From the NCBI GenBank assembly GCA_963784935.1, contig CAWATD010000001.1:189411-253410 (forward strand): a DNA stretch of 64,000 nt, read 5' to 3'. The position numbers and the translations under genes are program-made. Below the pieces are notes generated by a model. That model worked only from the letters and a program-made list of their open reading frames with translations, was not told the DNA's origin and did not search any database. How positions within the stretch are numbered: position 1 is the first letter of the stretch; every line of letters begins with the position of its first letter. The stretch comes from an uncultured Acidobacteriota bacterium (GTDB taxonomy: Bacteria; Acidobacteriota; Thermoanaerobaculia; UBA5066; Gp7-AA6). This document shows positions 63,881 to 64,000 of this stretch, in pieces.

Positions 63881-64000
63881 TCAGAAGGCCGACGTATCGG
63901 CCACGCTCGCCAGAGTCCCGCTGGTGTTGTCATATTTCCGGACGTTTAACGTCTGCGTATCGGTGACCGTGATCGTGTACTCGACGTTCGAGAGCGCCCC
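63881..64000 (-). CDS. 3' end of a gene running off the right edge; same '...TITVTD...DTSAF' domain family as 60498..61242
   Basis: The last 39 codons read GALSNVEYTITVTDTQTLNVRKYDNTSGTLASVADTSAF followed by a stop at 63881-63883. Confidence 0.55.
   Translation of the reverse strand, partial: GALSNVEYTITVTDTQTLNVRKYDNTSGTLASVADTSAF

Overview
This is a 64-kb, very GC-rich bacterial chromosomal segment. The gene content suggests an Acidobacteriota-like host (inference only): two orphan ADOP/MacB-type duplicated permeases, PEP-CTERM proteins, a DUF1800/DUF1501 pair, and a Ser/Thr kinase fused to a TolB-like propeller. Layout: (i) 0.2-12.3 kb is a compact anaerobic aromatic-degradation block. 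A two-subunit 2-oxoacid:ferredoxin oxidoreductase (korAB) lies convergent with a translationally coupled operon, oah-SDR-had-dch-bcrCBAD-GNAT-Cys-rich protein. That operon encodes a class I ATP-dependent benzoyl-CoA reductase plus the Thauera-type ring-opening enzymes. (ii) 12.4-28.7 kb carries transport and housekeeping genes: ADOP permease, DoxX, DUF1259, MFS, ChrB-like, DUF5916, DUF1624, a nucleoside deaminase, VapBC sandwiched between tRNA-Val and a decayed tRNA-Val copy, USP, degenerate-GGDEF/EAL and a ClC channel. (iii) 28.7-47.3 kb is an accessory stretch anchored on a tRNA(CAT) gene. The 3' end of that tRNA plus its downstream flank is repeated at least four times in direct orientation, with further partial copies. 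The stretch also holds frame-disrupted glycan-active genes, DUF11/PEP-CTERM surface proteins, NfeD-SPFH, DUF502, a Gly/His/Tyr-rich PEGA protein and a foreign tRNA 3' fragment. I recognised no integrase in it. (iv) 47.3-64 kb carries an S9 prolyl oligopeptidase, a second ADOP permease and a VOC protein. It also carries an orphan three-gene NRPS-like operon: an IPMDH-like dehydrogenase, an isochorismatase-ALDH fusion, and an A-T-TE enzyme whose A4 core lacks the alpha-amino-binding Asp. A CuA-like cupredoxin fusion and DUF1501/DUF1800 follow. At least 13 single-base frame breaks interrupt otherwise conserved genes, so many apparent pseudogenes may be assembly indels rather than biology. I recognised no CRISPR array, rRNA, transposase or phage genes. 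All family calls are from motif recognition by eye, with no database search.
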